Source of the DNA: Deltaproteobacteria bacterium
Lineage (GTDB): Bacteria > Myxococcota_C > UBA6777
DNA length: 64,000 nt
Reading direction: 5' to 3'
Assembly: GCA_006226375.1 (NCBI GenBank)
Contig: SBHC01000009.1
Location: 14,527 to 78,526 of the forward strand
Made by a program: the position numbers and the translations under genes. Of the stretch, positions 16,918 through 26,269 are shown piece by piece (the stretch's first letter is position 1; each line of letters starts with the position of its first letter). The notes beneath the pieces were generated by a model that saw nothing but the letters and a program-made list of their open reading frames with translations, was not told the DNA's origin and did no database searches.

Positions 16918-18852
16918 CTATTCCTGTGTTGAATGCTTGGTGAAGAAGAGGGGCTTTTCGCCGGACTTTTCGGTCGGCAAAGGGTATCCGATTGCCGCAG
17001 GCAAAGGAGTACTATCAATCCGGATTTCACTGGGGGTTTTGCACGACCCACATCGATTCTTGAGATACAGAGCAAAGTCGGCTGCGTTCATCGGTTTGGC
17101 ATACAAGTAGCCTTGCACCCAATCGCACTCGTGCTCTTGCAAAAACTGAACGTGCGCTGTGTTCTCGACGCCTTCTCCAATCACCCGCATGCCCAGACTA
17201 TGGGCCATGGAGATCATCGTCGACACCAACATTTTGGAGTCTTGGTTGTGCTCAACATCGTACACAAACGAACGATCGATCTTCAGCGTGTCGAAAGGAT
17301 AACGCTTGAGATAGCTCAGCGAAGAGTAACCTGTTCCAAAGTCATCGATGGAGAAGCCGATTCCCATCTGCTGCAGCTGCCCAAACGTCTGAAGCGCTTT
17401 TGCTTCATCGCAATTGGAGATGGTCGCCGACTCGGTAATTTCAATCTCCAGACATGACGCTTCAACATCTGCGTTCAGCAACGCCCGCTGTACCGTGGAA
17501 ACAAAGTCAGGTGACTGGAACTGCTGGGGCGAGACATTGACCGCAAGCTTTGGGATAGTATAGCCCGCTTCCTGCCAAGCCTTCAGATGACGACAAGCCG
17601 TCTCCAACACCCACTCACCCAGGGCTCCAATCAAGCCGATATCTTCGGCCAAACCAATAAACTTTTCAGGAGAGACACGACCCAACGACGGGCTGTTCCA
17701 GCGCAACAACACCTCTGCACTGACTAACTGCTCGGTAGCAACATCAAGAATCGGCTGGAACACAAGAGAGAGTTCCTTGCGTATCAACGCCATCCTCAAG
17801 CCATGTTCCATCACAATCCGTTGCGTGGCCACCAAATTCATCGTCTGGGTAAAAAAGTGGAACGATCCACGACCTGATTCTTTGGCCTTCTCCATCGCTT
17901 GTTCTGCCCGCTGCAGCAGCGTATAAGCATCATCAGCATCGTTGGGAAACAGAGCGGCTCCCACGCTAGCCGACAGAGAAAACTCCTGGCCTCCCATCAC
18001 AAACGTTTCGTCCATCACAGACATCACGTTGCGAACCAACTGCTCCGCGACCAAGGTGCTGGGGATATCTTGCAGAACGAGCACAAACTCATCAGCGTTG
18101 TAACGCGCCACAGTATCCGTGTTTCTGATGCATCCCTTCAACCGCTCGGCGATCAAGAACAACAGAGCATTTCCATCTTCAAAGCCGATAAGGTCATTGA
18201 CCTTCTTGAAGTGGTCAAGGTCAAAGAAGACCAAAAGCACCATCTTCTCATGACGACGCGCTTGAAGCAGGGCTTGGGAGAGACGGTCGATCGCAAGCAG
18301 TCGATTGGGTAGACCGGTCACGCTGTCGTAGTACGTGGTCTGGAAAAGCTGAGCTTCCTTTGCTTTGAGCAGCGAGAGGTCTTCCTTAACAGACGCATAA
18401 CCACTCAATTCATTTCGCTCGTTCTTCACTGGCGAGATCGTGACAAACTCCCACAGCTCCTCTCCCGACTTTTTGCGGTTGAGAAGCTCTCCCTGCCATG
18501 TACAACCTTTTAGAAGAGTGCCCCACATCTCTTGGTACACATCAGGAGATGTCTTTCCAGCGCTCAACACCCGTGGGTTGAGGCCAAAAACTTCGTTCAG
18601 ACGGTATCCATAGGTCTCTTCGAAGAAAGGATTGACATACTCTATCTCTCCAACGGCGTTGGTGAGCATAATCGACATCGGACTTTGCTCTACCACACGA
18701 GACAACATGATATTCTTCACACCATCTTCTTGAGGCTCTTCTTGATGAACACTGAACCATCGCCAGCACAACCATCCAACAACCCCAACCAGAACCAAAC
18801 CTAGCGCAAGCCAAAGAATCCCCGAAAGGGGTCCAGAGATGAACCGTTCCAT
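16918..18852 (-). CDS. TM-PAS-GGDEF(degenerate)-EAL c-di-GMP turnover protein
   Basis: N-terminal TM helix, then a PAS domain (IMLTNAVGEIEYVNPFFEETYGY). The GGDEF site is degenerate (ARYNADEFVLVL). The EAL domain looks intact (EVLLRW, NVSPQQF, EITES, SIDDFGTGYSSLSYL, EGVE). Confidence 0.85.
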   Translation of the reverse strand: MERFISGPLSGILWLALGLVLVGVVGWLCWRWFSVHQEEPQEDGVKNIMLSRVVEQSPMSIMLTNAVGEIEYVNPFFEETYGYRLNEVFGLNPRVLSAGKTSPDVYQEMWGTLLKGCTWQGELLNRKKSGEELWEFVTISPVKNERNELSGYASVKEDLSLLKAKEAQLFQTTYYDSVTGLPNRLLAIDRLSQALLQARRHEKMVLLVFFDLDHFKKVNDLIGFEDGNALLFLIAERLKGCIRNTDTVARYNADEFVLVLQDIPSTLVAEQLVRNVMSVMDETFVMGGQEFSLSASVGAALFPNDADDAYTLLQRAEQAMEKAKESGRGSFHFFTQTMNLVATQRIVMEHGLRMALIRKELSLVFQPILDVATEQLVSAEVLLRWNSPSLGRVSPEKFIGLAEDIGLIGALGEWVLETACRHLKAWQEAGYTIPKLAVNVSPQQFQSPDFVSTVQRALLNADVEASCLEIEITESATISNCDEAKALQTFGQLQQMGIGFSIDDFGTGYSSLSYLKRYPFDTLKIDRSFVYDVEHNQDSKMLVSTMISMAHSLGMRVIGEGVENTAHVQFLQEHECDWVQGYLYAKPMNAADFALYLKNRCGSCKTPSEIRIDSTPLPAAIGYPLPTEKSGEKPLFFTKHSTQE

Positions 18853-19349
18853 CGCGCCAGCACTCCTTGCAGCGAATGATGCTTCATGCTTTGGCTTCCC
18901 CCTCCACCTTCAACCTCACTTCCTCCACTGAAGAAGTCCTCCCTATGGAAAGCCGTTGTATCTCCCACGCCAACCAGAGTAGTTTCCAGACTTTTCCGAT
19001 GTCTTGATCTACATCAACTTCATCCTAGACCTTTGTCTTCAAGACTTTCTTCCGCGAACCGAGCCTTCCCACCTGTAATCTTTGAAAAATATTTATTTCA
19101 GCCACCTAAGGATTTTCAACAGAAAGACAAAGAAACACTCCTCGATCGTATTTTTTTCCAAAACTTTCGGCAGCAAGGAGGATTTGTAGTGGTTCCCCCT
19201 ACACAAAAACGCAGGGGATACTTTTAACCAGGAGTGGACACTTCACAAAAAGATGGCTCAAGAAGAAGCAAGGAAGAGAAACGAGAGTGACAGATTTGCA
19301 TCATTCAGTAGATGTGATCTGTACGTGGAGAGAGAAAAGGAAGGCAGAG

Positions 19350-20267
19350 TTATTCGGTTGGATTTGGGGGGAGAAAGAAGGATGGAGCGACATTGGGTGG
19401 GTTCAGCTTTACGGTTTTGAGTTCGATCGCACCCAGCGAACGATTGTTAATCAGGTTAACAATCTTATAAGGCACCCGGATCTTGAACGAAGCGTTAGGA
19501 AACGCCACCCAACGGAAGTCGCTTTGCCGCGTCATAAACGTAACAGTGCCTCCTCCCAAAGGACTGGGGCCCTGGTAGCTGCGCTCCAGAGGGAACCAGG
19601 TTTTGTGTGAGATCGCGTACGTTGTGCTGCGCTTCTCTTTGTCGGTAAACCGGATAACATAACATGGCTCTTTTCCAACTTTTCGCTCTCCCACCAGCTC
19701 CACCTTGATGCCATCGCGGAAGTAACGTAACTCCAGGTCGCTTCGCACACTCTCCGCTCTCGCAACAGACAACATCGAGAGGGGCATGCGAAGGATCGCG
19801 CTGCCTTGCCGCAACCACCCGCCTCCAGGGTAAAACGACTGGGTGATCTTTTGACCGTTAATGTCCATGTCCACGCGCTGGTAGTTGGGCTTGCGGGAAT
19901 AGGTAACCAAGGTTCCCGAGCGCGCTCCAAGGGGAGTGTTGAGCTTGGTCGCTCCAGAGGCTTGCATGGTATGAACCTTCAGCAGGTTCGCGCGTCCACC
20001 CATCGCCAACACCATCTTTTCGACAATACGTTCCGCCTTGGTTCGCGGCTTGAACGCAGAGGACTTTGCCTTCACCTTGGCCACAGGAGCCTTTGTAGCG
20101 ATGGCGGCGGCCCTCTTCGCGACAGCGGCCTTTCGAGGCTGGGTTCTTCGCGCAGCAGGCTTCTCTGCGTCTTTCTTGTCCTTTCCTGTGGATGCTGCCT
20201 CAACAGAAGCAACGCCAGCGAGCAGGCCTAAGCATGCTCCCATGACAACCATTCGTCTCACGTACAT
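19350..20267 (-). CDS. secreted hypothetical protein (Lys/Ala-rich linker; LolA-like fold is a guess)
   Basis: Signal peptide VVMGACLGLLAGVASVEAAS, then a KKDAEKPAARR...KAKSSAFK basic linker and a roughly 200-aa beta-rich domain. I recognise no clear family motif. Confidence 0.4.
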   Translation of the reverse strand: MYVRRMVVMGACLGLLAGVASVEAASTGKDKKDAEKPAARRTQPRKAAVAKRAAAIATKAPVAKVKAKSSAFKPRTKAERIVEKMVLAMGGRANLLKVHTMQASGATKLNTPLGARSGTLVTYSRKPNYQRVDMDINGQKITQSFYPGGGWLRQGSAILRMPLSMLSVARAESVRSDLELRYFRDGIKVELVGERKVGKEPCYVIRFTDKEKRSTTYAISHKTWFPLERSYQGPSPLGGGTVTFMTRQSDFRWVAFPNASFKIRVPYKIVNLINNRSLGAIELKTVKLNPPNVAPSFFLPPNPTE

Positions 20268-20466
20268 TTAAGCAACCTCATCTGGGATTGTGTAGTTGGC
20301 TCCAACAGCGTTTGTGCAACATTCGACTCCTTGCAGAATCGCTCCTTGTCTCTGAAGTAGACAAGTCTGTGATGCTGTGGTTTCCACTATAGGACGTTCT
20401 GTGCTAAAAATCGACCGAGAGAGCGAGCCTGCTCCCCCATCCACCTCATTCTGTTTCGAGGGAACC

Positions 20467-21114
20467 ATGGCTTCCACCTACCCTATGTTTAATGTCTTTG
20501 CCCTTCCTGAGGTGCAAGGGATCGATATCATGACTGCCTTTGCGAGCCTGGCCGCGCTGTACGATCAGGTGGACGCAGTCCTGGAACAAACAACCTCCGA
20601 CCTTGACCTGCCCTGTCATCGGGGATGTTCTGCTTGTTGCCGGGAGAGCGTGTTTCTCACACCTCTTGAATTTTACTTTGCCTGGCAATGGGCTCAGGGA
20701 GAGTTAAGCGACGAAGAACGTGACCGGATCATTGACAAGGCCCTGGCCCTGTACGATATCCACCGCGAAGTGATTGAGGCCTTCAACGAGCCTCCTCCTG
20801 AAGGTGAAGCCGATCACTTTCTATTGGCCCGAGAGCTTCGATTCGATTGTCCCTTGCTGGATGAAGAAGGGGCCTGCCGGATCTACCCCGTCCGCGAGCT
20901 GCTCTCCCGATTGTTCGGTGGGACCTTCGACGACAAGGGCGGGATTTACGGCTGTCAGTGGGTCAAGGAGCACCTTGAGGGAAGACATGTAACCCTGCTG
21001 ACAGCCCGAACCACAGCCCAACATTTGCACACATTGCCGCTCACAGACCAGCGCCAAGTGTATCCGTATTACTTTCATCGCTTGTACGGCGACAGCCCTC
21101 GTGAACTCACATGA
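20467..21114 (+). CDS. YkgJ-family Cys-cluster (CxxCxxCC) protein
   Basis: RBS GAGGGA before ATG 20467; the track ORF starts at 20377. The motif LPCHRGCSACCRESVFLTPLE plus later Cys residues (FDCPLLDEEGACRIYP, GCQW) is typical of the YkgJ/UPF0153 zinc/iron-chelating family. Confidence 0.65.
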   Translation: MASTYPMFNVFALPEVQGIDIMTAFASLAALYDQVDAVLEQTTSDLDLPCHRGCSACCRESVFLTPLEFYFAWQWAQGELSDEERDRIIDKALALYDIHREVIEAFNEPPPEGEADHFLLARELRFDCPLLDEEGACRIYPVRELLSRLFGGTFDDKGGIYGCQWVKEHLEGRHVTLLTARTTAQHLHTLPLTDQRQVYPYYFHRLYGDSPRELT

Positions 21115-22061
21115 CACCTCCTTGGATTACCACATACCTGTCCCCTGCAGAATGGAAGCAAAAGGCTGCCCACCTCGAAGAACGATTGGGTCCGATGCTC
21201 CGGGATTACGTACAAAAGCGTAGCTGGCACATCAAAAACCCAGTGCTCGACTTTTTGTTTGAGTACTACAACTACCGTCCAGCGACGTTGCTCAAATGGT
21301 CTCCCGGCCTCGGAGTCGCTCTCCAAGGAGAGGAGGCAGAGAGCTTTCTGGAGCAAAAGGAGTTTGTGAAACGAGATGGAGCTGTCATGCTCGATCCGTC
21401 GTTGTTCCCGCAACATCGCCATGCCACGCTCCGGTGGATTCGTGACCTCTTGCAAATTACATTGGACCGCGCCCCCGTCTGGGGCTGCTTTGGCATGCAC
21501 GAGTGGGCCATGGTGTACCGCATCGACCGCCCTCGTCACGCTCATATTCCCCTCCGGCTTCCTCCGGATGAGATAGCAGCCTTTGTGGAGTCACGCCCGT
21601 TGTTGTGCACCCACTTCGACGCGTTCCGCTTCTTCACCCCAGAGGCAAAGCCTATGAACCGGCTTCCCCTCACTCGAATGAATCAGGAAGACTACGAACA
21701 ACCGGGCTGCCTTCACGCCAACATGGACCTCTACAAATGGGCGCACAAGCTGTTTCCCTGGCTAGACAGCGAGCTGCTCACCGACGCCTTCTTGGTGGCT
21801 TGTGAGACGCGCACCGTCGACATGCAAGCCAGCCCTTACGATATGCGCGAGCACGGCTTGGAGCCGATTTGCGTCGAAACCGTAGAAGGACGCCAACTCT
21901 ACCAGGAGAAGCAGCAAGCCATCATGCAACGCGCCACGCCTGTGCGTCAACGACTGCTACACGCGTCCAACCAGCTCTTGAGTTTCATCGAGACTTCCTC
22001 CACTCCAGCCACCTCCGCATCGACTTCGTACACCTCCTCCAACGCGGTTGAAAACTCCTAG
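21111..22061 (+). CDS. conserved hypothetical protein (family that pipelines often label 3-methyladenine DNA glycosylase; function unverified)
   Basis: 4-nt ATGA overlap with the upstream ykgJ-like gene. I recall N-terminal NPVLDFLFEYYNYRPATLLKWSPG from that family. Low certainty. Confidence 0.4.
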   Translation: MTPPWITTYLSPAEWKQKAAHLEERLGPMLRDYVQKRSWHIKNPVLDFLFEYYNYRPATLLKWSPGLGVALQGEEAESFLEQKEFVKRDGAVMLDPSLFPQHRHATLRWIRDLLQITLDRAPVWGCFGMHEWAMVYRIDRPRHAHIPLRLPPDEIAAFVESRPLLCTHFDAFRFFTPEAKPMNRLPLTRMNQEDYEQPGCLHANMDLYKWAHKLFPWLDSELLTDAFLVACETRTVDMQASPYDMREHGLEPICVETVEGRQLYQEKQQAIMQRATPVRQRLLHASNQLLSFIETSSTPATSASTSYTSSNAVENS

Positions 22062-22184
22062 TCTCTGTACAACCCTTTGTTTCCCCAGAACTTCGCCTTG
22101 TTCGTCATTCTCATTGACCCCAGAACCACTTCCTTGCTACTCTCCTCCCAACTTCCCATATACCCACATCGCCAGGGAGCGACC

Positions 22185-23870
22185 ATGTTTTCTTTTTTCG
22201 GAAACAAGGACAAAAAGAAGTCACCCCCCACCTCCAAAGTGGAAGAAAGCCTGGAAGAACTCTCCACAGAGAGCCAGGAGATTCTCCGAGGCTACCTTCA
22301 CAGTGACCGCTACAGCTTCTCTACCTATCTAGGAGAAGGCGGCTTTGGGACGGTGGTTGCGAGCTTTGATGGCTACCTCAATCGGGCCACAGCGCTCAAG
22401 CAACTTCACTCTCATTTTCGCGACGACGTCCAACAACTTCGCGCGATCATGAACGAGGTGAGGCTGATCAGCTACCTTGCGCATCCTGGCGTGGTTTCCG
22501 TGTACGATGCCTTCGTGGATCCCGACGGGAACTTCAACTACACGATGGAGCTGCTCAACGGCGAAAACCTCGAAGACTTACTGTTCCGCCTGGAAGAGGA
22601 TGGCAAACGGTTCCCGCTCCCTCTGGCCATCAAGATCTTTACCAAGCTGATTGAAACCCTGGCGTTTGTCCACGACAAAGGGGTCATTCACCTCGACATC
22701 AAACCCTCCAACATCATGCTTGGAGAATACGGAGAGGTGCAGATCCTCGACTGGGGGAGCGCCCACCTCTACGCACCAGAACGATACGAAGAATACCTCC
22801 ATCACTACGGCAAAGACGCCAAAGCGGAGGATATGTTCCACGACCGCTCGGACCGGATCGAAGGCACCATCCCCTTCATGTCACCCGAACAAACGGAGCG
22901 TCCCCGGACCCAACTGACACCCGCCTCCGACATCTTCACAACCGGCGTTGTGATGTACCAGACGCTGTCGAGCCGATTCCCGTTCTCGTATGAGAACCTG
23001 GAACGTTTCCTTCACGACCTCCATCAAGTGGAGCCACCCCTTCTGCACGAGCTGCGCGGTGACATCCCTATCCGCTTGTCCCAGATCTGCGCCAAGATGA
23101 TGTCCAAGTCCATCGAAGATCGCTACAGCACCTTCCAAGAAGTGCTGCAAGACCTGGAAGACTTCTCCAACTCAGGGCAGATGTTTCGCCAGGCAGTGTA
23201 CCAACCTGGAGAGGTTTTGATCCGTCAAGGAGAGATGGGCGACCATGCGTTCCAGGTCATCGATGGCCGGGTAGAAATCTCCGTTGAAGTCGACGGCAAA
23301 GAAAAAGTCCTCGCAACCCGAGGCTCTGGTGCCATCATTGGCGAATTGGCTGTGTTTACCAAGGAGCCTCGCTCTGCCACAGTCACGGCCCGTGAAACCA
23401 CCACCATCAAAGTCCTCAACGAGGCGATGATTATGGAGGAGTTGGAGAAACTCAACCCTTGGGTCGGCCACATGGTGTACCAACTCTCCCAACGATTCAT
23501 TGAACAGAACAAACGCATCATCGCGATGGAATTGGAACGCACCAAATACTTGGGAGACAACGCCGCTGAGGAGGATGAACTTCTCGACAACGGCTCGACC
23601 TCGCGAGAAGCGATTGAACGAGAGCTGTCCAGCCTCAACTCTCTCCCCTCCGCGTCGTCCTCCCAGACCAACCTGGAGGAGTCAGCATCGTCCCCTTCCA
23701 CATCGTCCGACAATGCTCCCCAAGAACCGATGCATCGCCCGACCCCTGCATCCCGCTCCGATGGCTATACGCCCAGAGGCACAGCGATCAGCGAGAACTC
23801 CCCACTTCATCAAGGCAACGAACCCAAGACATCCAACTGGAACCCCAAACGGGAAGACGAAGACCTCTAA
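22185..23870 (+). CDS. Ser/Thr protein kinase fused to a cyclic-nucleotide-binding domain
   Basis: RBS GGGAGCG before ATG 22185; the track ORF starts at 22077. Kinase motifs are GEGGFGTV, HLDIKPSNIML, DWGSA and GTIPFMSPEQ. The cNMP block is GEVLIRQGEMGDHAFQVIDGRVEI...GAIIGELAVFTKEPRSATVTA. The tail is Ser/Pro-rich. Confidence 0.85.
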   Translation: MFSFFGNKDKKKSPPTSKVEESLEELSTESQEILRGYLHSDRYSFSTYLGEGGFGTVVASFDGYLNRATALKQLHSHFRDDVQQLRAIMNEVRLISYLAHPGVVSVYDAFVDPDGNFNYTMELLNGENLEDLLFRLEEDGKRFPLPLAIKIFTKLIETLAFVHDKGVIHLDIKPSNIMLGEYGEVQILDWGSAHLYAPERYEEYLHHYGKDAKAEDMFHDRSDRIEGTIPFMSPEQTERPRTQLTPASDIFTTGVVMYQTLSSRFPFSYENLERFLHDLHQVEPPLLHELRGDIPIRLSQICAKMMSKSIEDRYSTFQEVLQDLEDFSNSGQMFRQAVYQPGEVLIRQGEMGDHAFQVIDGRVEISVEVDGKEKVLATRGSGAIIGELAVFTKEPRSATVTARETTTIKVLNEAMIMEELEKLNPWVGHMVYQLSQRFIEQNKRIIAMELERTKYLGDNAAEEDELLDNGSTSREAIERELSSLNSLPSASSSQTNLEESASSPSTSSDNAPQEPMHRPTPASRSDGYTPRGTAISENSPLHQGNEPKTSNWNPKREDEDL

Positions 23871-24159
23871 CCAACCCTCCCTCAACCTCACAGACACACC
23901 AACCACGAAAACCGTTTGGACCGCTGAGACTCCAATGTCACAAAGCCAAACCTCCCACAGGGGACACAAGAACCCCCAACTCCCCAAACCAAGGAATACC
24001 GGCGTCTAGCGACATGGCATAGACCTTGCTTTTCTGAGAAAGCGTACACGATGAAACACGCAGCGACGCGTGAAGAATAGCACACCCTTCAGGTTTTCTT
24101 AGACTTGTAGGGGTGTGACAAAGCGACGTGCAAATGCGACAGAACGAAAGGACAAAGCT

Positions 24160-24696
24160 ATGCGATACATCTTGCGATGGACGACTCTGTTGGGCCTGTT
24201 GGTCACTCTTGGAACTCTGGCGACAGGTTGTGGACAACCGCCCCAAATCCTCCAATGTACGGGGCTCGCCGACTGTGTAGGAGAGACAGCCTGCATTCAG
24301 GGAACGTGCAAAGCAGTCTATGGCCGCACGTACAACCTTACGTTTGTCTCTGCGACAATCCCAGAGAAGCAGAAAGACGGCAACCTATGGGACACCATTG
24401 GAGGTCTTCCTGATCCCTACTGCACTCTTCAGGCGTCCCCTGGAACCAATGGACAAACCAACGTGGAAGAAGACACCCTGAAGCCAGAGTGGAAGGACTC
24501 CGTGAGTTTGACGTTGCTGGCAGGACAAATCCTCAACTTCAACTGCTACGATCAAGACCTCAACGGCAACCAGTTGATGTTCAGCAAAGGCTACAAAGTC
24601 ACGCCTGAAGATGTACGCAGCGGCTCCTTCTCCCTGTCGGATTCAGCAGGGTTCTCGCTTCGCCTCCAACTTAAGCCCACTCCCACTACCGACTAA
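24160..24696 (+). CDS. lipoprotein with a single C2-like (Ca/lipid-binding type) domain
   Basis: The lipobox is LVTLGTLATGC after ATG 24160. The C2 signature reads GNLWDTIGGLPDPYCTLQAS...TLKPEWKDSVSL...LNFNCYDQDLNGNQLM. Compare DPYV...NPxW...VxDxD in canonical C2 domains. Confidence 0.6.
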   Translation: MRYILRWTTLLGLLVTLGTLATGCGQPPQILQCTGLADCVGETACIQGTCKAVYGRTYNLTFVSATIPEKQKDGNLWDTIGGLPDPYCTLQASPGTNGQTNVEEDTLKPEWKDSVSLTLLAGQILNFNCYDQDLNGNQLMFSKGYKVTPEDVRSGSFSLSDSAGFSLRLQLKPTPTTD

Positions 24697-24718
24697 GAGC
24701 ATACAGGGACGGCTGGTT

Positions 24719-26257
24719 TCAGCTTCGTCGAGCCTGACGAATCGCAGCCTTCAAGCCGTTGTTGAAAAGGTCTGAGGAAGGGGTTTTTTTCATACGAGTG
24801 GCCAACGATTGCTCCCATCGCTTGGGCTTCTCAAACAGAAAAGAGAAGTCCTCACCATAACAATCCTGCGCCATTTGTAGAAAGAGCTCCTTCTCCTCTT
24901 CCACAGGAACCTCTCCATGCTGGAGCCAGCGGTACAGCATGTCGGATACGACGACCAACGAACGTGAAAACGTAGGCACCAGGTCATGCTCCCGATCGAG
25001 GACATCGTCCACAGTCACAGAGCTTGTGCTTCGAGGGTCATCGCGATAAAAGCCGACCCATCGGCGGGTTCGCCAGTCATCCAAGGCGGCCGCAGGGTAT
25101 CCGTAATGCTCACACAGTTGACGTAACAAAGACGGCACAGCGTTCTCACGATGAGGGTAGGTCCACCAGCGATGGGCGATCAGGTACAACGAGGGGAAGA
25201 TCGTGCACTCCACAGTCTGATCCGTAACCAGCTCGGTCCACATGCAAGCGATGCAACCCAAATGTTGCTTGCCTAGCATCGGATCGGCGTCGTAATAGCG
25301 AAACGGATCCTTCGCATGATCCAGATAATAACCACGCGACAGAATGGTACGGACCTGGCTCAACTTGGGGTCTATCTTCTTGTGTCCTCGCCATTGTTGA
25401 ATGACAAGATTGTCCGGTATGTCATCAATCTCAGACAGCACATCGTCCCAGGCAATCACCTCCAACCCTCGTTCAGCAGCCCACGTGCAAACCTTCTCGA
25501 TCAATTCAGGAAACCGGTCAAAGCTTGGCACTTCATCTCCACCCATGTGGATGAACGAAGCATCAAAACGCTCGACCAACTCTTCGAACATCCCGAAGAT
25601 AACGGGGAGGTCGCGCTCCATATCAATGGTTTCATGGGTAATCACACCCATCTGTCTTTCAGGCTCAATGGAGTCATCGAAGAAGGAAAGAAAGGCCCGA
25701 ACGTGCCCTGGGATATCAATCTCTGGGATCACCTGAATGTTGTGTTCCCGGCATCGGCGAGCGATCCGCTCCTGGTCTTCGATCGTCCACTGAGGGTCGC
25801 TCTGAACCTCAGGATACTTCTTGAACTGAACGGGAAAACCTTGGTCATCCGAGAGGTGCAAATGCAAGGTATTGAGGCGCAACGCCGCCATCTTGTCGAT
25901 GATTCGCAACACCGTATCCACCTGCAAGAAGTGTCGACAGGGGTCGAGATGCAAACCTCGTATCTTGATCGGCGTCTGCTCTCCCCCTTCAAAGAAATTG
26001 TGATGTGTCTGGGTCACTTGTTTCGCCTCCATACCAAAACCTGTATCGCGTTCTCTCGCTTGTATCGATTGCATCCAAAACGTTCGCTTGGGTTCATGAT
26101 ACGTGCAGAGAGCCCCAAGGTTTGCAATGCATTCCCCCCAACCATCAGGGAACAAACGAAAACGACCAACGCTGCCCACCATCGCGTATAAAAAAACATT
26201 CGCGCTCCGCAGCACAAGCCAAGACAACGTAACCAACAAGCTCTTTCTCTCTCTCAA
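24719..26257 (-). CDS. GH20 beta-N-acetylhexosaminidase (start uncertain)
   Basis: Motifs are RGLHLDPCRHF, LNTLHLHLSDDQGFP, IPEIDIPGH and the catalytic HMGGDEV. The maximal ORF starts at TTG 26257, only 12 nt from the divergent gene. Internal ATGs at 26182, 26074 and 26032 are alternative starts. Confidence 0.8.
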   Translation of the reverse strand: MRERKSLLVTLSWLVLRSANVFLYAMVGSVGRFRLFPDGWGECIANLGALCTYHEPKRTFWMQSIQARERDTGFGMEAKQVTQTHHNFFEGGEQTPIKIRGLHLDPCRHFLQVDTVLRIIDKMAALRLNTLHLHLSDDQGFPVQFKKYPEVQSDPQWTIEDQERIARRCREHNIQVIPEIDIPGHVRAFLSFFDDSIEPERQMGVITHETIDMERDLPVIFGMFEELVERFDASFIHMGGDEVPSFDRFPELIEKVCTWAAERGLEVIAWDDVLSEIDDIPDNLVIQQWRGHKKIDPKLSQVRTILSRGYYLDHAKDPFRYYDADPMLGKQHLGCIACMWTELVTDQTVECTIFPSLYLIAHRWWTYPHRENAVPSLLRQLCEHYGYPAAALDDWRTRRWVGFYRDDPRSTSSVTVDDVLDREHDLVPTFSRSLVVVSDMLYRWLQHGEVPVEEEKELFLQMAQDCYGEDFSFLFEKPKRWEQSLATRMKKTPSSDLFNNGLKAAIRQARRS

Positions 26258-26269
26258 AAAGGAACCCTC

